64,000 nucleotides of DNA from Chitinophagaceae bacterium (GCA_044353505.1 JBILBU010000003.1:8544-72543); one strand, 5' to 3'. Positions 1-9,624 are shown, counted from the first letter of the stretch. The notes: generated by a model from the letters alone, not told the origin. Translations and numbers: made by a program.

Positions 1-143
1 ATCTCACCTTCGCGATTGAATACAAAAACGCTAAACGCCCTATGCAACAGGGCTTTTCGGTGAACCTCCATCTTCTCCATGACCCCTATTGGTTCATCAG
101 ATTCATTCACCAACACTAAAAATTGTTGATCTGTGTTTTCCAT
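1..143 (-). CDS. idi: Isopentenyl-diphosphate delta-isomerase type I, N-terminal part (truncated by window start)
   Basis: Not in the ORF track. Manual translation from the ATG at 143 gives MENTDQQFLVLVNESDEPIGVMEKMEVHRKALLHRAFSVFVFNREGE, which has the type I IDI features ..K..H...LLHRAFS. Confidence 0.9.
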   Translation of the reverse strand, partial: MENTDQQFLVLVNESDEPIGVMEKMEVHRKALLHRAFSVFVFNREGE

Positions 144-149
144 GATTGG

Positions 150-854
150 TTAAGGCATTGTATTGTGAAGTGCGTTGGAAAAATCTTTTCCAAGTGGACT
201 AACTCCTGGATCAAAATAGCCTAATAAATTTCCTTCTTCACCAATCACATACTTTGAGAAATTCCATGCAGGGGCCTCTTTGTTCCATCCATTTTTTGAA
301 GGATCAGAAAGCCAGTCAAACAGTGGATGCTGCGCATCACCTTTAATCACTGTAGTTTTATTGGCGATGGGAAATTCAACACCATAATTCTTTTTGCAAA
401 AAGATGCAATTTCGTCATCATTCCCCTTTTCTTGTTGCTTGAAATCGTTGGCAGGGAAGCCAATGACAACGATAGTTTCCTTATTGGAATTGTAGACTTG
501 CTGCAGCTCTTCATACTGTGCGGTATATCCACAATCACTCGCCGTGTTTACCACAATAATTTTTTTCCCTTTGTAATCTGCCAAACTGAGGGTATCCCCA
601 TTAATCAATGTTACTTTAAAATCATAAATAGAGGAAGATGGCACCGCGGGAACATCAGGAGTGATCACCCTATTATTTACACCAAAGAATCTTGTTACAC
701 TTGTTAGTGCCGGATAAAAGGATTTTAAAATACTTTGCCTAGTGCTCATGGTTGTATGTGTTTTAGAGGTAACTGAACATGCCAATGCAATGAGGGCGAT
801 ACAGCATAGAGCAATTAAAAATTTTATGTTGCGTGTTAACGACATCATTTTCAT
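150..854 (-). CDS. Cys-type glutathione/thioredoxin peroxidase (GPx family) with lipoprotein-like N-terminal extension
   Basis: VNTASDCGYT peroxidatic Cys motif, FPANDF, WNFSKY; hydrophobic N-terminus ending LALAC (lipobox-like). Confidence 0.93.
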   Translation of the reverse strand: MKMMSLTRNIKFLIALCCIALIALACSVTSKTHTTMSTRQSILKSFYPALTSVTRFFGVNNRVITPDVPAVPSSSIYDFKVTLINGDTLSLADYKGKKIIVVNTASDCGYTAQYEELQQVYNSNKETIVVIGFPANDFKQQEKGNDDEIASFCKKNYGVEFPIANKTTVIKGDAQHPLFDWLSDPSKNGWNKEAPAWNFSKYVIGEEGNLLGYFDPGVSPLGKDFSNALHNTMP

Positions 855-855
855 A

Positions 856-2331
856 TCAAGTCATTTTAAAGATTCTTCTTAATATTCCAGCCTTCCCTTT
901 GAAAGGAGCATACCACAGGGGCACATCAAACCAGGATTTGGAATGCATCACAGCCTTCGGACGGGTAAACGTTTCAAATCCAAACTTACCATGATATTGG
1001 CCGGTACCACTTGGGCCAACACCGCCAAAAGGTAAATGTGGATTGCCAAGGTGGATTAGACCGTTATTGATGCAGCATCCCCCAAATCGAAGCTTAGCAA
1101 TATAAAAATCCTGAATGGATTTGTCTTCTGCATATATATAAAGCGAAAGGGGAAAAGGATTTCTCTCAACCCACGCAATCACTTCTTCCTTATTGTCGTA
1201 AGCAATAACGGGTAGAATAGGACCAAATATCTCCTCTTGCATGACTGAATCCTGCAAGCCAACATGCTCGATGATGGTTGGCTCAATATACAAATCAGCC
1301 TCATCGTATCTTCCCCCACTTACAATATTCCCCTGCCCCAAGTATGACAATAACGTATTGAAACGCTTCTTGTTGATAATCCTGGCAAGGTCTTCACTTT
1401 CCCTTGGATCATCACCAAGCATCTTGGTAAAATTTGCCTTGATTTTTTTAACCAGCTCGTCCTTTATGCTGCTGTGCACAAGCAAGTAATCCGGCGCTAC
1501 GCAGGTCTGTCCAGCATTCATCAACTTACTCCAAGCAATCTTTTTTGCCGCATAATTGAGCGATGCAGATTTGTCAACGATGCAAGGACTTTTCCCACCC
1601 AGCTCTAATGTTACAGGCACCAGTTTCTTTGCAGCCAACTCCATGATTTTTTGTCCAACTGAAGTACTTCCAGTAAAAAAGACATGATCAAACCTTACCT
1701 GAGACATGAGTAAAGGGATTACTTCAGCACCGATGCCCTGTACAACATGAATATACTCGCGATCAAATGTCTTGGCTATTAATTTTTCAAGTAAAATGGC
1801 TGTGTGAGCAGCTTCCTCTGAAGGCTTTATGAATACTGTATTACCTCCTGCGATCGCACTAACCAACGGACTCATGGTGAGCAAAAAGGGATAATTCCAG
1901 GGGCCAATGATGAGCACACTGCCCAGTGGATCCCTGTACACCTTACTGGTTGAAGGCAAAAACATCATCGGTGTGCCTACCTTCTGAGGTTTGGCCCAAC
2001 CATGGAGATGGTTGATGGTAAAATCTATTTCCTTGATTACTTGGCCAATTTCAGAACCAAAGGCCTCAAAATCAGATTTTCGAAGATCCATAAAAAGAGC
2101 AGCCACTATCTCCCTTTCGTTGGCGATGATTGTCTTTTTAAGCTGTTGAAGCCGCTCAACCCTAAAAGCGATTGACCTTGTAGTTCCCGAATTGAAATAA
2201 CGCTGCTGAAGATCAATTAGCTGTTGAAACTGAATTGATGTAGATGCAACCGCACTCACATTCACGGGTATGTCTGTTGTTAACTCCATAGAAATATATT
2301 CTAAAAACAAATAAAGAGTACGTTGGTTCAA
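856..2331 (-). CDS. NAD(P)+-dependent aldehyde dehydrogenase (ALDH3/fatty aldehyde dehydrogenase-like)
   Basis: IGPWNYP, FFTGST, LELGGKSP, GQTCVAPD, EEIFGP, PFGG motifs. Start is either the TTG at 2331, overlapping the ridA stop, or the ATG at 2289. Confidence 0.93.
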   Translation of the reverse strand: MNQRTLYLFLEYISMELTTDIPVNVSAVASTSIQFQQLIDLQQRYFNSGTTRSIAFRVERLQQLKKTIIANEREIVAALFMDLRKSDFEAFGSEIGQVIKEIDFTINHLHGWAKPQKVGTPMMFLPSTSKVYRDPLGSVLIIGPWNYPFLLTMSPLVSAIAGGNTVFIKPSEEAAHTAILLEKLIAKTFDREYIHVVQGIGAEVIPLLMSQVRFDHVFFTGSTSVGQKIMELAAKKLVPVTLELGGKSPCIVDKSASLNYAAKKIAWSKLMNAGQTCVAPDYLLVHSSIKDELVKKIKANFTKMLGDDPRESEDLARIINKKRFNTLLSYLGQGNIVSGGRYDEADLYIEPTIIEHVGLQDSVMQEEIFGPILPVIAYDNKEEVIAWVERNPFPLSLYIYAEDKSIQDFYIAKLRFGGCCINNGLIHLGNPHLPFGGVGPSGTGQYHGKFGFETFTRPKAVMHSKSWFDVPLWYAPFKGKAGILRRIFKMT

Positions 2332-2708
2332 CCCAAGGCAATCATGCTAATCTCCACATTTACCCCCTTGGGTAGACCGCTCACTGCCACAGTTTCTCTT
2401 GCAGGATGGTTATCTGTGATGTATTGCGCATAAACCTCATTGACAACCCCAAAAAGTGACATATCGCTCAAAAAAATTGTCGTTTTGACAACTGCAGAAA
2501 AATCCTGCCCTGCCTCAAGGAGAATCGCGGCTAGGTTTTTCATAACCTGATGAGCTTCCTCTTCCGCACTTGTGGCTACAATATTTCCAGTATGGGGGTC
2601 AATCGCGATTTGTCCAGAAATAAATAAAAACCCATTGGCCCTCACAGATTGATTGTATGGGCCAATTGGCGCGGGAGCGGAAGGAGTATTGATGATCTGT
2701 TTTGACAT
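2328..2708 (-). CDS. ridA: RidA family reactive enamine/imine deaminase
   Basis: APAPIGPYNQ, SGQI, VKTTIFL, conserved Arg in PARETV, VEISMIA; 126 aa. Confidence 0.92.
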   Translation of the reverse strand: MSKQIINTPSAPAPIGPYNQSVRANGFLFISGQIAIDPHTGNIVATSAEEEAHQVMKNLAAILLEAGQDFSAVVKTTIFLSDMSLFGVVNEVYAQYITDNHPARETVAVSGLPKGVNVEISMIALG

Positions 2709-2789
2709 GACCTGTATTTATTCTTGATTACGAAGGTAATTGCTTTCCATCAACCTATTTTTGCAATAATAAACCAGCCAGAAGCGCAT

Positions 2790-3467
2790 ATGAGTTCAGA
2801 TATTATCATTCTTCAAATCAATACAGCTTTTAATGAGGCCAGCATAAGCATCAGTAGAAATGGCTTATTGGTTCATGAGATGATCAATGCCAATCAACAA
2901 GAGCATGCAGGATTCATTCAACCTGCCATCAAGGAGATTTGCGCTCGATTGAATATTTCCTTGAATGAGCTAAGTGCCGTGGCGGTGATGAACGGCCCTG
3001 GATCTTACACCGGACTAAGAGTCGGATTGTCTTCCGCCAAAGGCATTTGCTTTGCATTAAACATCCCACTCATCTGTATTAATACACTCGACTGGATAGC
3101 TTTTGGAAACAGAAGAAAAGAAACAGATTTGATATGCCCCATGATAGATGCGCGTAGAATGGAGGTATTTACAGGGCTATATGATTGCCATATGAAAAAT
3201 ATTTTCCCTTCATCGGCGATGGTCTTGGATGATGATAGTTTTTCAGTGTATTTACTGAGTCATACAATTAATTTCTGTGGCACAGGTGCCTTAAAGTGGA
3301 AAGAAATATGCAACAATACAAATGCTTCCTTCTTGAACGAAACCCACGACACATCACACTTTACATCACTGGCATTTAGTGAATTCACACAGAAAAGGTT
3401 TGCTAATCTGGCATATAGTGAGCCATTTTATATCAAAGAATTTTACACCATAGCAAAGCCCATATAA
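2790..3467 (+). CDS. tsaB: tRNA threonylcarbamoyladenosine biosynthesis protein TsaB
   Basis: GPGSYTGLRVG and PMIDARRMEVF motifs. The ATG at 2790 is preferred to the track start at 2724. Confidence 0.92.
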   Translation: MSSDIIILQINTAFNEASISISRNGLLVHEMINANQQEHAGFIQPAIKEICARLNISLNELSAVAVMNGPGSYTGLRVGLSSAKGICFALNIPLICINTLDWIAFGNRRKETDLICPMIDARRMEVFTGLYDCHMKNIFPSSAMVLDDDSFSVYLLSHTINFCGTGALKWKEICNNTNASFLNETHDTSHFTSLAFSEFTQKRFANLAYSEPFYIKEFYTIAKPI

Positions 3468-3577
3468 AGGTAGTGGCGCATTTTGGCGGTCAATAAAAAA
3501 ACATTTGTGATTCTATTAAGAGACAATAATTGTTATATTCGTAATGCTAACACTAACCTACCAAAACCAACACCCAC

Positions 3578-3943
3578 ATGTCTGACTTTCTAAGAGATGA
3601 AAATAGCTCTGTCCAAAAAGACCTGTCTAAACAAGAAGCATTGCAACATAACTTCAAATCCTTATCTCCGCATAGTATTAAAAAGGCCTCTTTGGCCTTT
3701 AGAGCAATCAATCACAAACTTCGCCAGGATATGATTTCGATGATTTTGAAAAACGGCAAAGCTTCTGTCACTGAAATCTTTGTTGAAATGCGTGTTGAGC
3801 AATCTGTAGCCAGTCAACACCTTGCTATCCTCCGTCGTGCTGGTATTGTAGAAACAGAAAGGGATGGCAAATTCATGTACTATAAACTGAATACTCCGAG
3901 GCTTGGGATGATGGACAACATGATTTCGGATTTGTTAGGATAG
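3578..3943 (+). CDS. ArsR/SmtB family winged-helix transcriptional regulator
   Basis: FRAINHKLR, SVTEI, QSVASQHLAILRRAGIVETERDGKFMYYKL; contains no Cys. Confidence 0.9.
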   Translation: MSDFLRDENSSVQKDLSKQEALQHNFKSLSPHSIKKASLAFRAINHKLRQDMISMILKNGKASVTEIFVEMRVEQSVASQHLAILRRAGIVETERDGKFMYYKLNTPRLGMMDNMISDLLG

Positions 3944-4855
3944 TTCTGGAGGATTGCTAGCCAATGTCTGTAATACCGATCCAATATACTCCTCTTTGTA
4001 TTCGTGCCTCCACCTACGATGAGACCAAAGATAATTATCTGGTCTCTCCCTGATTCGATCTTCTACGTATTTGATGTACCGCAATGTGAGTTCACCTTCA
4101 GGTAATGAAGCAGCACTTTCTGTTGCCAGTTCCACTTTGAAGGTATATACCCCACGTTTAATCTTAAAGAAATTTCCAAACACTACAATGTTATCCCGCT
4201 CACGTGCAGCATGTTCTGGCCCTTTTACAAAGGGGGTAGGCCTGCCAAAAAAATTAGCCCACCATGCTCTTCGAGGATTGCTAGCATTTTGATCAGCAAC
4301 CAGTGCAATGATATATTGTTTATCTCCGTATTTGATAAAATTGTTTTTGAAGTCGTTAGCAGGAATAAGCACAGTACCGTAGCGTGAACGAATTCGAGTA
4401 AACAACTTTTCAAAAAAAGTATTTAAAATGGGCTGGTATACTCCGAGAAAAGGCAAGGGCATCATTCTTGATACACCTTGATTTACAATCTCCCAATTGA
4501 AATTATGCATTGCATGTATCTGTATATTTTTCTTGCTGGCGGCTAGGACAGTGAATATGTCGGTATTTGCAATAAACATCTTGTTGATGAGCGCTTCCCC
4601 AGCACTGATTAACTTGATAGATTCAACCATTGCGTCGGTAAAATTTCGATAAAAATTCTTGGCAATAACAGCTCTTTCGATCTTGGTTTTTTCAGGAAAA
4701 GCGATCTTGAGATTTGACATCACAATGTCCTTTCTATATCCAACAACATGGTAAACCAAGTAGGTAAATGCATCGCTCAGCAGATATAATATTGGAAGTG
4801 GGAGAAGGGAAATTAGATAAAGTAGCCCATAGAGTATCCTGTTCTTAATCTGCAT
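3935..4855 (-). CDS. Lipid A late acyltransferase-like lysophospholipid acyltransferase (LpxL/HtrB family)
   Basis: N-terminal membrane anchor, YRKDIVMSNLKIAFPE, HNFNWE (H-x4-E/D), LVADQ, FFGRPT, C-terminal YLWSHRRW. Confidence 0.88.
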   Translation of the reverse strand: MQIKNRILYGLLYLISLLPLPILYLLSDAFTYLVYHVVGYRKDIVMSNLKIAFPEKTKIERAVIAKNFYRNFTDAMVESIKLISAGEALINKMFIANTDIFTVLAASKKNIQIHAMHNFNWEIVNQGVSRMMPLPFLGVYQPILNTFFEKLFTRIRSRYGTVLIPANDFKNNFIKYGDKQYIIALVADQNASNPRRAWWANFFGRPTPFVKGPEHAARERDNIVVFGNFFKIKRGVYTFKVELATESAASLPEGELTLRYIKYVEDRIRERPDNYLWSHRRWRHEYKEEYIGSVLQTLASNPPELS

Positions 4856-6453
4856 TATATTACTATGTTTTGTACTAACCCACTTCTATCAGGATAATCT
4901 GTATTGTAATGTAAACCCCTGCTCTCCTTTCTAAACTGTGCTCCCTTAACGACCAGATATGAAACAGTAATCATATTTCTCAATTCACAGAGCTGAGGAG
5001 AAACAACTGTTTCCTGGTACAACTTTTCAGTTTCTTCATGCAATAGATCAAGGCGTCTGATTGCCCTTTCTAGTCTGATGTTGGTTCGCACTATACCTAC
5101 ATAATCCGTCATCAACAATTGAAGCTCCTTCAGGCTCTGAGTAATCAGGATCATCTCTTTAGGCGCTGTGGTTCCTTCCGCATTCCAATCTGGAACATGA
5201 TTTCCGAGAGGCCAGGAATCGATTTGTTTACTCACATCCAGAAAGCAACGGTGAGCAAAAACCATTGCTTCAAGCAATGAATTGCTGGCAAGCCTATTTG
5301 CTCCATGAAGTCCTGTAGATGCACATTCACCGGCGGCATACAATCTACTGATGGAACTTCTTCCCCAGCTGTCAGTCTTAATTCCGCCACAGCTATAATG
5401 TGCAGCTGGTGCAACAGGCAACATGTCATTCATAGGATCAATGCCCAATGAAAGACATTTTTCATGTATTGATGGAAAGTGCTTGAGAAACTGCTCCTTG
5501 TTCATGTGCCTACAATCCAGCCATACACATTCTGTGCCGTTTTTCTTCATTTCACTATCAATTGCCCTTGCCACAATATCCCTAGGTGCAAGATCTTTGC
5601 GGCTATCATATCGCTCCATAAATGCTTCACCCTTCTCATTGCGAAGAAGTCCGCCATCACCCCTAACGGCCTCCGTGATCAGGAAAGCATGACCCTTGTT
5701 ATCTGGCTCATAAAGTGCAGTGGGATGGAATTGAATGAACTCCATGTTTTCAATTCGTCCTTTTGCCCGATACACCATGGCAACTCCATCCCCAGTGGCA
5801 ATCGCAGGATTGGTTGTTGTTCTATAAATATGTCCATTGCCTCCAGTAGCAACCAACACGGATTTGGCTAAAATTTTTTCCATCTTACCCGTCCTCAGAT
5901 TCAGCGCATAAACCCCATAGCAGGTAATATCAGGAGTTGCCTTAGTAACAAGATAGCCCGCATGGTGTTGGGTGATGAGGTCTACCACAAAACAATGACT
6001 GATAATTTCAATATTCTCTTTTTTCTTAACTGCCGAGATGAGTGCCCGTTCAATTTCCATACCTGTCACATCCTTGTAGTGAAGAATGCGTGATGTGCTA
6101 TGACCACCTTCCATTCCCAATGCATAATCACCATCAGGTTCCTTATCAAATTGAGCACCCCAATCAATAATTTCCCTAACACGCTCAGGACCTTCCTGCA
6201 CAACAATTTTTACCACCTCTGGATTACACAGTCCATCTCCGGAAATCAATGTATCATCGATGTGTTTATTGAAATTGTCTTCCAACTCATCCCAAACCGC
6301 AGCTACGCCACCTTGTGCATACTTGGTGTTGGTTTCATCGGCTACAGTCTTGGTCACCACAAGAATCTTTTTGTCCGGAAACTTGTCTGCTATTTTAATC
6401 GCAAAACTGAGACCGGCGATTCCTGAACCAATAACTAAGAAATCTGTTTGCAA
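4855..6453 (-). CDS. nadB: L-aspartate oxidase
   Basis: VIGSGIAGL FAD motif, YAQGGVA, EGGHS, EFIQFHPT, LAPRDIVAR, HGANRLASNSLLE, ESRGLHY. Confidence 0.96.
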   Translation of the reverse strand: MQTDFLVIGSGIAGLSFAIKIADKFPDKKILVVTKTVADETNTKYAQGGVAAVWDELEDNFNKHIDDTLISGDGLCNPEVVKIVVQEGPERVREIIDWGAQFDKEPDGDYALGMEGGHSTSRILHYKDVTGMEIERALISAVKKKENIEIISHCFVVDLITQHHAGYLVTKATPDITCYGVYALNLRTGKMEKILAKSVLVATGGNGHIYRTTTNPAIATGDGVAMVYRAKGRIENMEFIQFHPTALYEPDNKGHAFLITEAVRGDGGLLRNEKGEAFMERYDSRKDLAPRDIVARAIDSEMKKNGTECVWLDCRHMNKEQFLKHFPSIHEKCLSLGIDPMNDMLPVAPAAHYSCGGIKTDSWGRSSISRLYAAGECASTGLHGANRLASNSLLEAMVFAHRCFLDVSKQIDSWPLGNHVPDWNAEGTTAPKEMILITQSLKELQLLMTDYVGIVRTNIRLERAIRRLDLLHEETEKLYQETVVSPQLCELRNMITVSYLVVKGAQFRKESRGLHYNTDYPDRSGLVQNIVI

Positions 6454-6459
6454 TACAAT

Positions 6460-6732
6460 CTATTTTATGTGGTTATGGCTTCCGTCGCAAAAAGGAGGAT
6501 TTTTTGTTTGCTTACACTGACAAAGCCAGACTTCCTTTTCCTCTTCAAAAGTTACTTTCAGGCTTGCATAAGGGTTGCCTTCAATTTTTTTATGCTTCCC
6601 ATCACAAAATGGTTGCTTTTCGCTTAGTCCACATGTACACCATGCATAGGTTTTCCCAGCCTCAACCTTAACACATGCTGCTTCACATTTTGCAGCTACC
6701 GGAAATCCACTGTTTTTAATCAATTCTTCCAT
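6460..6732 (-). CDS. Tandem CDGSH [2Fe-2S] domain protein
   Basis: Two 3Cys-1His motifs: CTCGLSEKQPFCDGKH and CQCKQTKNPPFCDGSH. Confidence 0.92.
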   Translation of the reverse strand: MEELIKNSGFPVAAKCEAACVKVEAGKTYAWCTCGLSEKQPFCDGKHKKIEGNPYASLKVTFEEEKEVWLCQCKQTKNPPFCDGSHNHIK

Positions 6733-6745
6733 GATAAATAAGTTG

Positions 6746-7489
6746 TTATGTTTTGATAATTAGTTGATCGATAATATTCTTCAGCGCTGCTATACCAACA
6801 CCTGTAGTAGCCACAGTGTTCACTACATGTTGGATATCCTTGTGCTTGGTGCTACTTGAGACATGGAGCATATTTTTTAGTTGGGAAGAGAAAAGGTCGG
6901 CGCCGGTCCGATCCGATTTATTGACAACAAAAATATCCGCTACTTCCATCAGTCCTGCTTTCATAAACTGTATCTCATCCCCCGCCTCAGGAACCAATAC
7001 CACAACGCTAAGGTCTGCAAGTTTTGCCACCCCCACCTCAGACTGCCCAACGCCAACTGTTTCCAAGATGATCAAATCAAAGCCACAGGACTTTAGACAA
7101 GCAATAATATCATCAACAGCTGGGTTTAATCCCCCCGTGGCCCCCCTAGTTGCTAGAGAACGGATATAAACAGCTGGATGATTATACCACCCACTCATCC
7201 TAATTCTGTCGCCCAAAACTGCCCCCTGATGAAATGGAGAGGATGGATCAACACAAACTACAGCTATCTTCTTCCCCTCTTCTACGTACACACCAATCAG
7301 ACCATCCACCAGTGTGCTTTTACCAGCTCCTGGAGGCCCAGTAATTCCTATTACGGGAACACCAGAAGGCGCAGAAAGCGAGGCAATGATCGCTTTATAT
7401 CCATCAGCCTGATTTTCAATCAATGAAATACACCTTGCAATACTGCGCTTGTCGCCTTCCTTTGCAAGTTGAATCAGTACTTTGTCCAT
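6746..7489 (-). CDS. meaB: MeaB/ArgK family GTPase (methylmalonyl-CoA mutase chaperone-like), short form
   Basis: GITGPPGAGKST, VDPSSP, LGDRIRM, ETVGVGQSE, NKSD. The ATG at 7489 (MDKVLIQ) is preferred to the track start at 7594. Confidence 0.88.
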   Translation of the reverse strand: MDKVLIQLAKEGDKRSIARCISLIENQADGYKAIIASLSAPSGVPVIGITGPPGAGKSTLVDGLIGVYVEEGKKIAVVCVDPSSPFHQGAVLGDRIRMSGWYNHPAVYIRSLATRGATGGLNPAVDDIIACLKSCGFDLIILETVGVGQSEVGVAKLADLSVVVLVPEAGDEIQFMKAGLMEVADIFVVNKSDRTGADLFSSQLKNMLHVSSSTKHKDIQHVVNTVATTGVGIAALKNIIDQLIIKT

Positions 7490-7609
7490 AAATAAATCAA
7501 TTTCCGAAAAGATCGGAGTAAATAGGGGTAAAATTATCGCATTCTTGTCGTTAAATAAAACCGCCCAATCCGCAACTTTACCCCAACTTTGCACAAAAGC
7601 AAGTGGAAT

Positions 7610-8332
7610 ATGAAAACAATCTGCCTGGATCTTGGGAATACCCGCATGAAAGCGGCAGTGTTTGAAGATGGATTACTGATTGGCAGTCATGTACTGGAAA
7701 ATGATGGATTATCAAACATAACCACCCTGCTCGATGAATACAAACCTGAGAGATCAATCCTATCCTCTGTAATACATCACAACAAAGAAATAGAGGTCTT
7801 GCTTCTTGAAAAGACAAGATTCCATCTGCTAACCCACCAGACGAAACTAAATTTTAGCATCCCAGTAGGAAAACCTGAACAAATGGGTGCTGATAGGCTG
7901 GCCCTCGCTGCAGCAGCCGTTTACTTTTACCCAGGGAAGAACAACTTGGTTGTTGGGCTTGGAAGTTGCATCACATTTAATTTTATCAACAAATTCAATC
8001 AATTCTTAGGGGGAAGCATCTCCCCTGGAATGGAAATGAGATTCCGATCCCTCCATGAAGACACGGCTTTGCTTCCATTGGTAACTAAAGAATGGAACTT
8101 CCCTTTGGTGGGCTATGACACGAAAACAAATATCCTTAGCGGTGTTATTTTGGGCATGGCCAAAGAAATAGAAGGAATAGTTCATGAATTTGGAAAAAAA
8201 TACAGCAACTTTAACGTCGTTTTAACCGGGGGCGATTGCACCTATTTTGCACGACTACTTAAAAATCAGATATTTGCAGACCCCGAATTACTTTACAAAG
8301 GATTGTATGCCATCAGTGAGACCAACAACTAA
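7610..8332 (+). CDS. coaX: Type III pantothenate kinase
   Basis: LDLGNTRMK, SSV, MGADR, GSCIT, GGSISPG, LTGGD motifs; ATG at 7610. Confidence 0.94.
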   Translation: MKTICLDLGNTRMKAAVFEDGLLIGSHVLENDGLSNITTLLDEYKPERSILSSVIHHNKEIEVLLLEKTRFHLLTHQTKLNFSIPVGKPEQMGADRLALAAAAVYFYPGKNNLVVGLGSCITFNFINKFNQFLGGSISPGMEMRFRSLHEDTALLPLVTKEWNFPLVGYDTKTNILSGVILGMAKEIEGIVHEFGKKYSNFNVVLTGGDCTYFARLLKNQIFADPELLYKGLYAISETNN

Positions 8333-9608
8333 TTTTCTTTTAGCGACATTTTTACTTGGAATGATCACCTTGATCGGACCATCTACCCATGCACAGGAAA
8401 ACTCCCCGTATTCGAGATATGGATTGGGAGACCTCATTCCTGCACAAAATATTCTGAATAGAGGAATAGGGGGGTTGTCTTCCGCTTATGCAGATGTTCA
8501 ATCGATCAATTTTAGTAACCCAGCTTCCTATTCAGAAATCAAGCTCACTACCCTTGATATTGGCTTGGATTATAACTCAAGAACACTGATGTCAGGAACT
8601 CCACCCAGAAAGTTCCCGTCAGCATACCTAATCCCCTCTTATCTGCAAATTGGTGTTCCAATTTCCAAAAAGAGGCATATAGGAATGAATATTGGATTAA
8701 GGCCGATAACACGCATTAACTACGATATCACCCAACGCACAAGAAACGAAATTGACAGTGTACAGTACAACTATAAAGGGAGTGGTGGCACTTATCAGGC
8801 TTTCACCGGAATTGGTTTTGGAATCAAATCCTTAAGAGTTGGATTGAATGCTGGCTATATGTTCGGCAATAAACAATATACCACAAGACTTGCGTTTGTC
8901 AATGATTCTATTGACTACAAAAAAACAAACTCATCAGATACAACCAGATTTGGTGGACTTTTCTTTAACCTAGGACTTCAATATAGAATACGACTAAACA
9001 ACAAAACGGTACTCAGACTTGGTTTAAACGGAAATATCAGAAACAGCATGAAAGCAAATCGTGATACCAACCGTGAAACTTACATCAATGATATCAATGC
9101 TGGGGTTGTAACAGTAGACAGTGTGTTCACAAAACGCAATGAACAGGGCACCATCATATACCCCTCCTCCTGGAATATCGGATTCATGATTGCAAGAAGC
9201 GATTACCTCATCTTTGGAGGAGAACTTAACTTGGGAAATTGGAACGATTACAGATATTATGGGGAGGCAGACAATATGAGAAAAAACTGGACGATGAGAT
9301 TTGGTGCACAGCTTACGCCTAGCCAAACCTCAACCAATTACTGGAAAAGGGTAGCTTACCGCGTAGGAACCTCATTTGGCCCAGACAATATAAAAATCAC
9401 ACGAACAATCCCACAGCAAATGTTCTCATTTGGTTTAGGATTGCCGGTGAGAAGGAATCCATACAACAATCAATATACCATGGTCAATACCTCCTTCGAA
9501 TTTGGCCTTAAAGGCAATAAATCAAACGACATTAGAGAAAATATCTTTCGTATTTCCCTTGGGCTTAACTTAAGTGACGTTTGGTTTAACAAACCAAAAT
9601 ACCAATAA
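8307..9608 (+). CDS. Outer-membrane beta-barrel protein (FadL/OmpP1-like, function unknown)
   Basis: Signal peptide followed by QENSPYSRYGLG, NPASY, alternating amphipathic beta-strands and C-terminal SLGLNLSDVWF. The ATG at 8307 overlaps the end of coaX. Confidence 0.7.
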   Translation: MPSVRPTTNFLLATFLLGMITLIGPSTHAQENSPYSRYGLGDLIPAQNILNRGIGGLSSAYADVQSINFSNPASYSEIKLTTLDIGLDYNSRTLMSGTPPRKFPSAYLIPSYLQIGVPISKKRHIGMNIGLRPITRINYDITQRTRNEIDSVQYNYKGSGGTYQAFTGIGFGIKSLRVGLNAGYMFGNKQYTTRLAFVNDSIDYKKTNSSDTTRFGGLFFNLGLQYRIRLNNKTVLRLGLNGNIRNSMKANRDTNRETYINDINAGVVTVDSVFTKRNEQGTIIYPSSWNIGFMIARSDYLIFGGELNLGNWNDYRYYGEADNMRKNWTMRFGAQLTPSQTSTNYWKRVAYRVGTSFGPDNIKITRTIPQQMFSFGLGLPVRRNPYNNQYTMVNTSFEFGLKGNKSNDIRENIFRISLGLNLSDVWFNKPKYQ

Positions 9609-9624
9609 ACATCACCTCCCATTG

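Noticed and set aside
150-854. Selenocysteine read-through in the GPx
   Set aside because: The active-site codon is Cys in an uninterrupted ORF; there is no in-frame TGA to recode.
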